A DNA stretch of 64,000 nt from an uncultured virus (IMG/VR IMGVR_UViG_3300023274_000001) (lineage: Duplodnaviria > Heunggongvirae > Uroviricota > Caudoviricetes): the IMG/VR virus record IMGVR_UViG_3300023274_000001, positions 124,698-188,697 of that record; one strand, given 5' to 3'. The notes under the pieces are model-generated. The model saw only the letters and a list, made by a program, of their open reading frames with translations, was not told where the DNA came from and did not search any database. Positions 44,501 to 53,671 of the stretch are shown piece by piece. Position 1 is the first letter of the stretch; each line of letters opens with the position of its first letter. A program made the position numbers and the translations under genes.

Positions 44501-44546
44501 GTAAAGGACCCCAGGGTGACGGGGGGGGTGTAACCCCGGGGTCCAG

Positions 44547-44621
44547 CAGGGACAGCAGGATTTGAACCTGCGACACGCGGCTTTGGAGACCGCTGCTCTG
44601 GCCTAACTGAGCTATATCCCT
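44547..44621 (-). tRNA. tRNA-Trp(CCA)
   Basis: gcggt-CT CCA AA-gccgc. Confidence 0.92.
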
Positions 44622-44658
44622 TTGCCTGCCGAGAAGGTTTCCCCTCTCGGCTACAAGT

Positions 44659-44669
44659 ACTACTCTACC
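44659..44669 (-). promoter_or_regulatory. putative -10 region of the tRNA operon
   Basis: GGTAGAGTAGT, identical to 55230-55240(+). Confidence 0.5.
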
Positions 44670-44710
44670 GCAGAACTTCGCTATCTCATAGCGGTTTTCG
44701 GTGATGAGCC

Positions 44711-45358
44711 TCACCCGCGACGGAGGAAGGAGAACCCCGTTCCTGTACTCGTGCAGGTCTGGAGAGCCACCGACGCCCCGAGACCGGCCGACGGAAAGGT
44801 GCCGCCCTGGCTTCCGCGCTTCGCCCAGCCGTGGCCATACACCCGGTACGTCCCCGCCAGGGCGCCGGACGTGATGACCACCTTCCGGCCCACGGGCAGG
44901 TCGTCCATCCAGGACCAGCCCATGTAGTTGTGACCGGCCAGCGTCTTCACCCCGGCCGGGTAGTACAGCGTCAGCTTCCCGGCGTCGATGCACTTCTGGG
45001 CTGCCGCCACGGCCGAGCCGCAGAAGGTGTACCCGCTGATCCGGGTGACCGTCTCAACCGGCTTCCTCTTCGCCGTGCGGGTGCGTTCCGGCCGGGGCTT
45101 GGCGGCGGGCTTCGGCTTCACCACCGGCCTTCGGGTGGCCGGTGCCTTCGTACGGACCGGTGGGGTGAAGGACGGCCGGGGCTCCGGCTTCGGTCCTTCG
45201 ATCCGGCCGAGCGGGGGCAGCTCGATGTGCACGGAGAGGACGACCGCTGGCGCCACGGCAGGCTGACGCTCCTCCGGACTTGCCGCTCCGGCGGCTGTGC
45301 AGGTGGAAGCCACCAGCACTCCGGCAGCACCCAGCGCCAGCAGTCGTCTCCGTCTCAT
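44711..45358 (-). CDS. secreted Pro-rich protein with sortase-like C-terminal domain
   Basis: Signal peptide; LAGHN...L.VG.KV.I...Y.V...VALQTC. Confidence 0.7.
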   Translation of the reverse strand: MRRRRLLALGAAGVLVASTCTAAGAASPEERQPAVAPAVVLSVHIELPPLGRIEGPKPEPRPSFTPPVRTKAPATRRPVVKPKPAAKPRPERTRTAKRKPVETVTRISGYTFCGSAVAAAQKCIDAGKLTLYYPAGVKTLAGHNYMGWSWMDDLPVGRKVVITSGALAGTYRVYGHGWAKRGSQGGTFPSAGLGASVALQTCTSTGTGFSFLRRG

Positions 45359-45377
45359 GTCACTCCGCCTTCCCTGA

Positions 45378-45845
45378 TCACCGAACGTCGGCGATCTCGA
45401 TGTCGTAGGGCAGCGCTTTCACGGCCTCTTCGATGTCGTACTCGACGAGGTTCGCGTCGGCGTCCCTGCCGATCTTCACCTTCACCACGACCAGCAGTTC
45501 CCGGTACCGGGGCTCGGGCTCCGGCTGGGGGCTGCCCCAGCCGCGCTCCTGGAGGGCCACCAGCAGCGGCAGCTCCTTCGCCCAGGCAACCGGGTTGCTG
45601 CGGCACGCCTCCAGCCGGGCCAGCTCGCCCTCATAGGCGTCCGTCGCGGCATCTCCGCTCGGGCCGGGTCCCAGCAGGTAGGAGGAGATCAGTAGATCGA
45701 GGTGGGCCAGCGCCCGGTCGCGATCGGTCAGGTACCGGTAGACATTCTGCGCATGCCGGATGTCCATGTCGGCCACCCGGTGGATCCGGCTCTGGCCGTC
45801 CACCCAGTACTCGCCCTGGAACAGCAGTTCCCTGCGGTCCATCAC
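45378..45845 (-). CDS. hypothetical protein
   Basis: ORF track. Confidence 0.7.
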   Translation of the reverse strand: MMDRRELLFQGEYWVDGQSRIHRVADMDIRHAQNVYRYLTDRDRALAHLDLLISSYLLGPGPSGDAATDAYEGELARLEACRSNPVAWAKELPLLVALQERGWGSPQPEPEPRYRELLVVVKVKIGRDADANLVEYDIEEAVKALPYDIEIADVR

Positions 45846-46282
45846 TCTCCCCTCCTTCCCAGCAGTTTGCCCAGCAGGTTCCAGCTCCGGCCGCCGGACT
45901 CCGTCTCGCCCGGATACGGTTCACGCCCCGGCGTGTCATCGCTGATCTGCCAGCCCGGCATTCCGCTGAAACGCGGATCCGTGGCCTCCTCGTGCATCTT
46001 CGCCGGGCTGGTCACCAGGACCGTGTACAGACTCTTCGGCGCCAGGTTGTTGAGGTGCAACCAGTAGGTGTTGAACCCCTTGTTGTGCTCGATCCTCATC
46101 AGCCGGTCGTCAATGAGCGGCTGCATTCCGACGCCCTTGAGGTACAGGTCCATCTGGATGGTGTGGCCCGTGTGCACCAGCTTGATCGACGATCCGCCGG
46201 TCGTGATGGTGCAGGGCTCGCCGACATTCAGGCTCTTCAGGTCGAGGCGACCGTTGTTCACCCGCACTGGATCTGCCTCCAC
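45842..46282 (-). CDS. hypothetical protein
   Basis: ORF track. Confidence 0.6.
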   Translation of the reverse strand: MEADPVRVNNGRLDLKSLNVGEPCTITTGGSSIKLVHTGHTIQMDLYLKGVGMQPLIDDRLMRIEHNKGFNTYWLHLNNLAPKSLYTVLVTSPAKMHEEATDPRFSGMPGWQISDDTPGREPYPGETESGGRSWNLLGKLLGRRGE

Positions 46283-46650
46283 GAGTCACCCGGGATCGGC
46301 CAGTAGTGCCGGTAGCTGTTGCCATCCGAGTCGGCCCGTTCCACCCTCACTCCGCCGAGCGGATCCAGCTCCAGCCAGTACTCCCGCCACGGCGTCAGCA
46401 TGGCAACATCGAGCCAGCCGTCCCGGTCGATGGGCGACATGTGTTCGTCGTACCCACGCGGCGTGCAGTGGACGGTCACCCAGGGTCCGGGCGTGCCGAT
46501 ACCGATGCCCGCCTGGTCCGGGTGGCCGAGTTCACTGACGATCACCATCTCGCCGCCGATCCCGAGGTGCCGACGGCCACCGAGCAGCGGCTTGCGGTTG
46601 ATCCGGTCGGCCATCGTGCGCAGGTCCAGACGAGTTCCGTCGATCCTCAT
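46258..46650 (-). CDS. hypothetical protein
   Basis: ORF track. Confidence 0.65.
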   Translation of the reverse strand: MRIDGTRLDLRTMADRINRKPLLGGRRHLGIGGEMVIVSELGHPDQAGIGIGTPGPWVTVHCTPRGYDEHMSPIDRDGWLDVAMLTPWREYWLELDPLGGVRVERADSDGNSYRHYWPIPGDSWRQIQCG

Positions 46651-46807
46651 GACATCTCCTCGTTGGGGACCATCGGCTCCGAGTGAACAGTGCAGAAGAC
46701 GAGATCTTCAGGCTCGATGGCCAAGTCGATCTCCTCTCGACATTCGGCCCTCGGGCATGCGAGCCCGTACCGAGGTGAGTCACCGCCAGGAAGAACATTC
46801 AGCGGCA

Positions 46808-47041
46808 TTACACACCCACCGGCCGCATGTCCTCGATCGCGTCGCCGATGGCCTCGATGACGCCCTTCAGGGCGTCGGCCGCGCTGGCGTAGGCGCCGTC
46901 GCGCAGCTCGTCCGGCAGGCGCTTCACGTCCGCCGCGAGCTTGCTGCGCAGCACCTCGAACCGATCCTTCGGGGATGCGGCCTCGTCCAGCAGCTCCTCG
47001 TAGTAGCGCTGGCGGTTCTCCGTGTTTCCCGTGCGTGCCAC
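46808..47041 (-). CDS. hypothetical protein
   Basis: cggaaggag RBS. Confidence 0.7.
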   Translation of the reverse strand: MARTGNTENRQRYYEELLDEAASPKDRFEVLRSKLAADVKRLPDELRDGAYASAADALKGVIEAIGDAIEDMRPVGV

Positions 47042-47096
47042 GTTGTCTCCTTCCGAAAGCCCCAGCTCTCAACCGGGGCTCCGTTTCCTTCTGTTG

Positions 47097-47119
47097 AGAC
47101 TACCAGATGGCCTGGGCCA
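47097..47119 (-). promoter_or_regulatory. operator and -10
   Basis: TGGCCCAGGCCA-tctgg-TAGTCT on minus strand. Confidence 0.55.
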
Positions 47120-47121
47120 TG

Positions 47122-48645
47122 TCAGCCGCCCTGGACCGCCTTCGGCCGGTACGTCACGCCCTGCTTCTGCTGGCGCATCGGCGTGACGTTCGTCTTCTCC
47201 TGCTCGATCTCCTCCATGACGATCTCTTCGAGAACGTCCCCGGTGAACACGTCGCCGACCGGCTCGCAGTACTCGCGCTCCAGCGACGCGTACTCCTCGT
47301 TCATCCGCTCCGCCGTCCGGCCGACCTCGGCCAGGATCTGATCAAGCGGCCTCTTCTCGTCCTGGGCCGCCGACTCCGTCGCCCGGCTGACGAGTGCCAG
47401 CATCCGGCGCATGGTGCGTTCTCGGAGGATGCGCGCCGCCACGAGCGGCTTGGTGGTGTCATCGAAGGCGACCGTCTCCAGTTCGAGGGCGTAGGGCAGC
47501 ACCTTCTCGAAGGTGCTCACCCCCATCTCCTCGACCTCGGCGGCCACCATCTCCGGCGTGATCACGTTCTCCTGCCGGGCCAGCCGGGCAGCCGCCTTGA
47601 TGATCACGTTCATCCGGCTGTCGGTCTGGATGTCCACCTCGGCGATCCCGTACGAGTGGCCGTACCGCAGAATCGATCCGACCAGGCTGCGCTCGACGGA
47701 CTCCTGGCTGAAGCCGTTGAAGAACACGGGCTTCTCGCGGTGCTGCTCCTCGACAAGGATCACCATTTCGGGCCGCTTCTTGATCGGCTCGAAGGGCACG
47801 ATCTCGAACTCGTCCAGCCCGAAGCCGTGATCCCGGTGGTCGGAGAAGTCCGCCCCGTCGGCCATGAGCGGCGAGCAGACCACCTTCACCTTGGTCACCA
47901 CGTTGCTCAGGTGCTTGTGCACCTCCTCGGCGAACTCCAGACCCGTGCGGTCGCAGTCGGCCACGATGATGACCTCGGAGGCACCCTTGAAGTACCGGCC
48001 ATACTCCAGCCGCCACTTGCTCTTGCCCGCTCCCGAGACGATCGTGGTCACCGCTTCGTCGGGGAAGTCCCTCCTCATCCGGTCGGCGTCCTTCTCGCCT
48101 TCCATGAGCCAGATCCGGCGCCCGGCCTGCGCCGCCTCGATCACCTTCGCCAGGTTGTAGAGCACCCGGCGGACCGAGGACGGCAAGCCCCACTTCTTGC
48201 CGAACTTCTTGCTCGCATCCGGCACCCACTGGGCGAACGGCTGCGGGCAGCCGTCGCCCTTGCGCGAGCAACGCGCGACCGCGTAGAGGAACTTCCCGTT
48301 CTCGTCCGTATACCGGTACTCGGCTGACTTGTGGCCGCCGCAGCCGTTCTTCTGGCAGGGCATCCACAGGTCGGCGGCGAGCTGGCGGTCCTCGTCTCCC
48401 ATCTGGCCGCCGTTGTCGAACAGGTCGGGCCAGTTGAGGTCGAGCGCGATGCGGATGTCGTCGGTGGCGCACCGGGCGTGGCAGTTGAGCACGGCGCCCT
48501 TCTCGCCCTGGGTGATGCTGAGGGACGCGTTGCGGTCCTCATGTGCCGGGCACTGGGCGGTGTAGTACCCGCCGTGCTGCTTGACCCGGCTCCCGCTCTT
48601 GTCCAGCGCCGCGAGTACGTTCCTGAGTCCTGACCCTCGTGCCAT
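47122..48645 (-). CDS. DNA primase (Zn finger + TOPRIM) fused to DnaB N-terminal-like domain
   Basis: CPAHEDRNASL...CHA.C; EGEKDAD; ADCD..G; DFSDH; C-terminal ERSLVGSIL. Confidence 0.85.
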   Translation of the reverse strand: MARGSGLRNVLAALDKSGSRVKQHGGYYTAQCPAHEDRNASLSITQGEKGAVLNCHARCATDDIRIALDLNWPDLFDNGGQMGDEDRQLAADLWMPCQKNGCGGHKSAEYRYTDENGKFLYAVARCSRKGDGCPQPFAQWVPDASKKFGKKWGLPSSVRRVLYNLAKVIEAAQAGRRIWLMEGEKDADRMRRDFPDEAVTTIVSGAGKSKWRLEYGRYFKGASEVIIVADCDRTGLEFAEEVHKHLSNVVTKVKVVCSPLMADGADFSDHRDHGFGLDEFEIVPFEPIKKRPEMVILVEEQHREKPVFFNGFSQESVERSLVGSILRYGHSYGIAEVDIQTDSRMNVIIKAAARLARQENVITPEMVAAEVEEMGVSTFEKVLPYALELETVAFDDTTKPLVAARILRERTMRRMLALVSRATESAAQDEKRPLDQILAEVGRTAERMNEEYASLEREYCEPVGDVFTGDVLEEIVMEEIEQEKTNVTPMRQQKQGVTYRPKAVQGG

Positions 48646-48708
48646 TCGCACAACCTCTCTCACCGGGCGCCGCGTACGCCCCACCGGTAGCGGGGCGTGC
48701 GACGACCA

Positions 48709-49245
48709 TCATGCCGGGCGATAGACCGGACCGCTCGGGTCGAACACGACGGGAACCTCGAAGCCCTCGGCGTCGTAGACGATCGTGTCGCCGCCGACGC
48801 GGATCACTTCGCTGGACAACCGCTTCGCCGTCTCGCTTTCGAGATCGGCGAGGGTCAGGATCGGGGCCGTCGTCTCATCGCTGAGGCGGCTGAGTTCGGA
48901 GGGGCTGAGTCCAGGAGCGTACACCAGCTCGGCCTTGTTGACGTGCTCCCGGCCGGTGCCGGAGGCGTACATGACGAGCCTCAGATGACGCATCTCCTTG
49001 GCCGCCACGCGCCCGTCCCCGCCGCCCAGGATCTGGCCGACCGATGACCATACCTCGTCGTCCGAACGGAGTCCCGGCAGCAGCACGAGCACCTTCATTC
49101 CACAGATCGCCGCGTTCAGCAGCATCTGCGCGCAGAGCACGTCCGGCCTGCCTCCCGAGTCGTTCGACACGAGCGACGTGACAGCACTCTCCTTCAGTCC
49201 CCAGCCGGGCCGCGCCAGAGCGATGGGCCCTACAGACACAACCAT
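48709..49245 (-). CDS. degenerate DnaB-C/RecA-fold protein lacking Walker A
   Basis: Visual alignment to the adjacent DnaB C-domain. Confidence 0.5.
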   Translation of the reverse strand: MVVSVGPIALARPGWGLKESAVTSLVSNDSGGRPDVLCAQMLLNAAICGMKVLVLLPGLRSDDEVWSSVGQILGGGDGRVAAKEMRHLRLVMYASGTGREHVNKAELVYAPGLSPSELSRLSDETTAPILTLADLESETAKRLSSEVIRVGGDTIVYDAEGFEVPVVFDPSGPVYRPA

Positions 49246-49453
49246 CTCTTCACCCTTTCCGATGGGCGAACCAACATCAACTTGGCTCTGCCCCAGCCTA
49301 CTACATGGCCTGGGCCACTTCTACTGGCAAGCCCCTCGAAAGGGGCTTGCCACCCGTCACCCATGGCTGCCATACTCTACACGCCGCCCCACGAGGGGCA
49401 GGAAGTGGGGCCAGGCCATCCGGGGGATACCGGACGCCTGGCCTTCGCGCTGT

Positions 49454-49900
49454 CTACCGGAGCTTCGCCCGGAACCGGGCACCCCCGATGATCTCCTCGT
49501 CGGTCGCCTCGACGACCTGCTTCGTCAGCTCCCGGATCGGCCCGAAACCGTTGTAGGAGAAGTTCTTCGGCACGTTCATCGCCTGCTGCTTGCCCATCTC
49601 CAGCAGGCCGACGACCGACAGCAGCCAGCCGTCACAGACGGCGTACTTCGCCGCCTCGATGGTCCAGATGTCGAACCACTCCCGGATTGCGTCGCGGCGC
49701 CCGCTCAGGTGCGCGGTCCGCAGCCACTTCCGGTACTTCTCGGCCTTCTCGTCGGCCTCCAGGTACTTCTCGTTGATCCACCTGCGTTCGGCGATCACCA
49801 GGTTCACGTCCCTGGGTTCCATCACGAAGAGATCGCCCGGCGGGGCCAGCCGCCCGAGCGGGCCGAGGTCGTCGCAGACCAGGAACTCTCCCGTGATCAT
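49454..49900 (-). CDS. hypothetical protein
   Basis: ATGA overlap with dnaB. Confidence 0.7.
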   Translation of the reverse strand: MITGEFLVCDDLGPLGRLAPPGDLFVMEPRDVNLVIAERRWINEKYLEADEKAEKYRKWLRTAHLSGRRDAIREWFDIWTIEAAKYAVCDGWLLSVVGLLEMGKQQAMNVPKNFSYNGFGPIRELTKQVVEATDEEIIGGARFRAKLR

Positions 49901-51258
49901 GCCGCGAACCTCGGCTGCACGTCGGAGGGGTTGAGGAACCGGCTGTGGGCACCGTCGAACAGCATCACCCGCTCGGCCGTCTTGCCCCCTCGGTTCTTCG
50001 CGAGGATCAGGTCCGCCTCCTTGCCCCGCGCCGTGTCGGGGTCGATCTTGAACGGCAGGTGGACCAGGATGACCACGTTCGCATCCTGTTCGATCTGGCC
50101 GGACTGGCGCAGGTCAGTCAGCTTCGGCTTGCCGTCGTCACGACCGGCCGACTCACGGTTGAGCTGGGCCAGCGCGATGATGATCACCCGGAGCGTACGG
50201 GCCAGCCTGCGCAGCCCCTCCGAGACGATCGCCACGTCCACCGTCGGGTTGCCGGTCGGCTTGTCCGGCTTCACGAGCTGGAGGTAGTCGATGACGAAGA
50301 CCTTCGCGCCCTTCTCGCGCGCCGACTTGCGCACCTTCAGCGCGATCTCGCCGAGCGTCTGGCCCGGGTCGTCGTCGACCGTCATCGGGTAGTTCGCCTG
50401 GCTGGCGTCGTACTCGATCAGGCGCTCGATCGCCTCAGCGTCCACCCGGCCGTCACGAATGTCCTCGAAGGGGATACCCGTCTCGGCCGACGCGTTGCGC
50501 TGACCAAGCTCCTCCTTCGGCATCTCCAGCGAGAAGATCTCCGTGGCGATCCCCTGGTGCGCCACGTTGCGGGCGACCTGGGCGCCCACCGTCGTCTTGC
50601 CGTGGCCGGGGCGTCCGGCGATCACGATGAACTGACCCAGCCGCATGCCGCCGGTCAGCTCGTCGATGTCGTGCAGCCCCATCGGGATGCCCTTTTCCAT
50701 CGTGCGCCCGTGCAGGATGTGGCCCAGCGCCGCCTCGGAGACCTGCGAGGCGGAGAAGGTGGTCTCCACCTTCGTGGAGGCGTCGATGACCTCCGACACC
50801 ACCACCGAGACCTCTCCGGCGATCTCACCGTAGGAGCCGCCGCCCGCCTGCACGCGCCCCGAGGACTCCACCAGCACCTTGTGCAGAAGCCGCCGCCGGT
50901 ACAGGTCGAGCAGGGTCCTGGCTCCGCCGTGCGAAGCTGCCAGGTTTCCGGCCTTCGAGGGAAGGCCGTGCACGTGGTCGAACAGCTCGGCGGTCAGCTC
51001 CCCCTCCTGCCGCAGGGCGCCGACAACCGTCACCGGATCGGTGTGGCCGCCGTCGATGAAGCAGGACAGGAACGCCTCGTAGACCTTGCGGTTCAGCGGG
51101 TCGTGGAACACCTCCGGTCCGGAGTCGCGCAGGATCTCGGTGACCTCGTCGCGGCAGTCGAGCGGGTGGCCGTCGGAGACGAGCAGTTCCCCCAGAACCG
51201 CCGTTTCCGCGTGCGGGTCGACCATCGTGCCGCCCGCAATAGCGCGTACTTCACCCAC
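49897..51258 (-). CDS. dnaB: replicative DNA helicase DnaB
   Basis: AGRPGHGKT, FSLEM, IDYLQL, AQLNR, DLRQSGQIEQDA, AKNRGG. Confidence 0.95.
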   Translation of the reverse strand: MGEVRAIAGGTMVDPHAETAVLGELLVSDGHPLDCRDEVTEILRDSGPEVFHDPLNRKVYEAFLSCFIDGGHTDPVTVVGALRQEGELTAELFDHVHGLPSKAGNLAASHGGARTLLDLYRRRLLHKVLVESSGRVQAGGGSYGEIAGEVSVVVSEVIDASTKVETTFSASQVSEAALGHILHGRTMEKGIPMGLHDIDELTGGMRLGQFIVIAGRPGHGKTTVGAQVARNVAHQGIATEIFSLEMPKEELGQRNASAETGIPFEDIRDGRVDAEAIERLIEYDASQANYPMTVDDDPGQTLGEIALKVRKSAREKGAKVFVIDYLQLVKPDKPTGNPTVDVAIVSEGLRRLARTLRVIIIALAQLNRESAGRDDGKPKLTDLRQSGQIEQDANVVILVHLPFKIDPDTARGKEADLILAKNRGGKTAERVMLFDGAHSRFLNPSDVQPRFAA

Positions 51259-51281
51259 GTTTGTTCTCCTTATCCGTTTCT

Positions 51282-52226
51282 TCAGCTCTTCAGCAGGTTG
51301 GCCCGCTCACGCTGGGCCTGGTACTCGCGCAGCCTCGCGTCGATCTTCTCCTGCTCCTCGGCGCTGATCTCCAGGCCGGGGCGCTGGTGGAACTGCTTCG
51401 GCGGCACGTACCGGTTGAGCTGGTCGTCTTCCTTCGGGGCCTCGGGCATCGCGGTGCGCGCCTTCGGCGGCTTGCCGAGGTCACCGGCCTTACTGATCAG
51501 CAGCCGCTCCGGGGCGTTGACCCGGGGGTTCAGCTCGGCCGCCATTCGCAGCGCCAGCTCGCGCGGGTTCCATCCCGCCTCCAGTGCCGGGCGCACCGCA
51601 GCGGCGACCCGCTCACAGGCGGCCGACATCAGCCGCAGCCTGGGCTCGGTGTTCCGGGCGGTGATCTCTTCCAGCTCGACGGCGAACTCGGCTTCGGCGC
51701 CGCTCGGCACGGGGTTCTCCAGGGCCGACATGTCGAACTCGGTCTCCGGCTCCTCGGCTTCCTCGTCCATGAGGACGATCGCCTGAGCCTGCGCCTCCCG
51801 CTGGTGCACCTTCTTGCGGGGCTTCCGGGTGAGCGGCACCGTCACGAAGACCACGCTGCGACTCTTCTTCTTGCTGATCGCGGCGGCCTCGGCCATCACG
51901 CTCTTGGGGCCCGCGTACTCCTCCGGCGGCACCACGACGAACTCGAAGTCGGCACCTTCGCCGGACTGCGGGTTGTTCAGCCTGCGCAGGATCCCCTTCT
52001 TGGCCAGTGCCTGCATCGCCTTGTGCGCGGTGCTCACCGACACGAGACCGTTCGAGATCTCGTTGACCCAGGCGGCGGTCGCGCGGAAGCCGGTCTCGGG
52101 CACGCCTCCATGGGTGTGCTTCAGGTTGCCCTTGATGATCGAGTAGATCCGGTACTCGGTGGACGTCACGTCCGGGTGCAGCAGCACCCAGTCGTCGACC
52201 ACGGTGAAGTGCCTTGAATCCGACAT
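51282..52226 (-). CDS. phage replication initiator-like HTH protein
   Basis: FTVVDDWVL.HP.V....RIY N-terminus plus wHTH; directly upstream of dnaB. Confidence 0.65.
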   Translation of the reverse strand: MSDSRHFTVVDDWVLLHPDVTSTEYRIYSIIKGNLKHTHGGVPETGFRATAAWVNEISNGLVSVSTAHKAMQALAKKGILRRLNNPQSGEGADFEFVVVPPEEYAGPKSVMAEAAAISKKKSRSVVFVTVPLTRKPRKKVHQREAQAQAIVLMDEEAEEPETEFDMSALENPVPSGAEAEFAVELEEITARNTEPRLRLMSAACERVAAAVRPALEAGWNPRELALRMAAELNPRVNAPERLLISKAGDLGKPPKARTAMPEAPKEDDQLNRYVPPKQFHQRPGLEISAEEQEKIDARLREYQAQRERANLLKS

Positions 52227-52297
52227 GGCTTCCGCTGTAACCTTTCAGTCAGTTTGCTTGATCGAGGCCCCAGTTCACGCTGGGGCCTTCTCCTTTC

Positions 52298-52693
52298 TCA
52301 GGAGAAGGCTGCCACCAGCTTGCCGTTCGGGCGCCGGTACGCCTCCAACTCGTCGCGGATCTCTGGCGGGTACGCCTCCATCTGGAGCCGGACCTTCCCG
52401 CTGCGGTAGACGGCGACCTTCGTGATCGCCTGGATGTCCAGCAGGAGCTTCATCGACTCCGCCCACTCGCCGCTCTCGGAGAACAAGTCTTCGGCCCACT
52501 CCTTCGAGACGGTGACGCGCATTCTTTCGGAGTCCTCCATCGTCGCGGCGGAGGCGATCCGTGCGTACAGCCCCAGGGCCTCGAACTCCTCGTCGAGCCT
52601 CGCCACCACCCAGATGGGGAACGGCGCCGTCTGGGCGTACTGCCCGAACTCGTTCATCAGGGTCGCGTCAATGACGCTGGCCTCGTGTCCCAT
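52298..52693 (-). CDS. hypothetical protein (possible HTH)
   Basis: cggaaaggag RBS. Confidence 0.65.
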   Translation of the reverse strand: MGHEASVIDATLMNEFGQYAQTAPFPIWVVARLDEEFEALGLYARIASAATMEDSERMRVTVSKEWAEDLFSESGEWAESMKLLLDIQAITKVAVYRSGKVRLQMEAYPPEIRDELEAYRRPNGKLVAAFS

Positions 52694-52779
52694 GCCGGTC
52701 ACTCCTTTCCGTAGTTGCGACTCTAGCAGAACGATCTCGGCAGTGCAGCTAGAAGTCGCCCCCTTGTCCACCAGAAGGT

Positions 52780-53398
52780 ACTCCCTCTATCCCCGTATGA
52801 GAAGGGTGTGACAGGGAGACCGGGGTCACATTGATGACATGCTCACGACACTCAAGATGTCCAAGTTTGCTGCGGAATACCCTTGACCTCTCGTTGCCAA
52901 AGTAGGCCATATGGTTGACCATATGAGGTCAACGTCCCTGGCAGAAAATGACAGAGTCGGTAGCCCACCTGACCTGGGGAAACGTCGATTTTCCACCCCC
53001 TATAGAAGTATCTAGAAGTCCTCCTCTTCAGGCTTGGCTCCAGCCATGCCAGGCACAAGCCGGAGTGGGTTCCCCACCCACCGGCCCGCACCTGACCTGT
53101 CTTCCGCCAAGCCTTCATCGTCGTCCTCAGCGCGTCGGCGCTCCGCGCCGCCGGAGGACGGATGGACTCGCTGCGCTCGAAAGACCTCGGGCTTCTGTGG
53201 TCTGCCGGGTGCGGGGTGCTGGCCGGGGTCGCACTTCGGGTGCGGCAGGAAGGTGGCTGGGCGCCCGGCTGCGGGCTCGTGGCGGGTTCGGCGCCCCTCG
53301 GGTGGTCGGCGGGCGCCGTCGGCCGCCTGCGGGTCGCAGGGGCCTGAAGGTGGACGTGAGAAGTAGGGTGGCCGGGTTTCCCTACCTGGAGGTGGATC
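52780..53398. other. long divergent non-coding region, candidate origin/control region
   Basis: Strand switch next to replication genes; palindromes and degenerate repeats. Confidence 0.45.
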
Positions 53399-53671
53399 AT
53401 GGCTATTCCAACCGGCGCCTACGTCGTCACGTACAAGCTCTGGCTCTTCGACGACACCAGCGAGAACCCGGTGGACCTCGCGATCGAACCGGTGTTCACC
53501 TTCTCGCCCAGCCTGGGTGCCACGGTGGTGGCCAACGAGGACGCGGCGGCGGAGGCCGCGATGGGTGCCTGGAAGGCGTCGATGGAGGCGGCGTACCCCG
53601 GCGTCACGGTGCACGCCAGCCGCGAGTACCTGATCCGGTCGGAACCTGACGTCTGGCCCTGGTCTTCCTGA
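53399..53671 (+). CDS. hypothetical protein
   Basis: ggaggt RBS. Confidence 0.7.
   Translation: MAIPTGAYVVTYKLWLFDDTSENPVDLAIEPVFTFSPSLGATVVANEDAAAEAAMGAWKASMEAAYPGVTVHASREYLIRSEPDVWPWSS

Noticed and set aside
41883-44565. ORF-track ORFs overlapping tRNA genes
   Set aside because: They overlap clear cloverleafs; only 42086-42481, the uORF and 43808-43930 have credible RBSs.
49945-51786. 613-aa + strand ORF
   Set aside because: Antisense to dnaB and the initiator gene.
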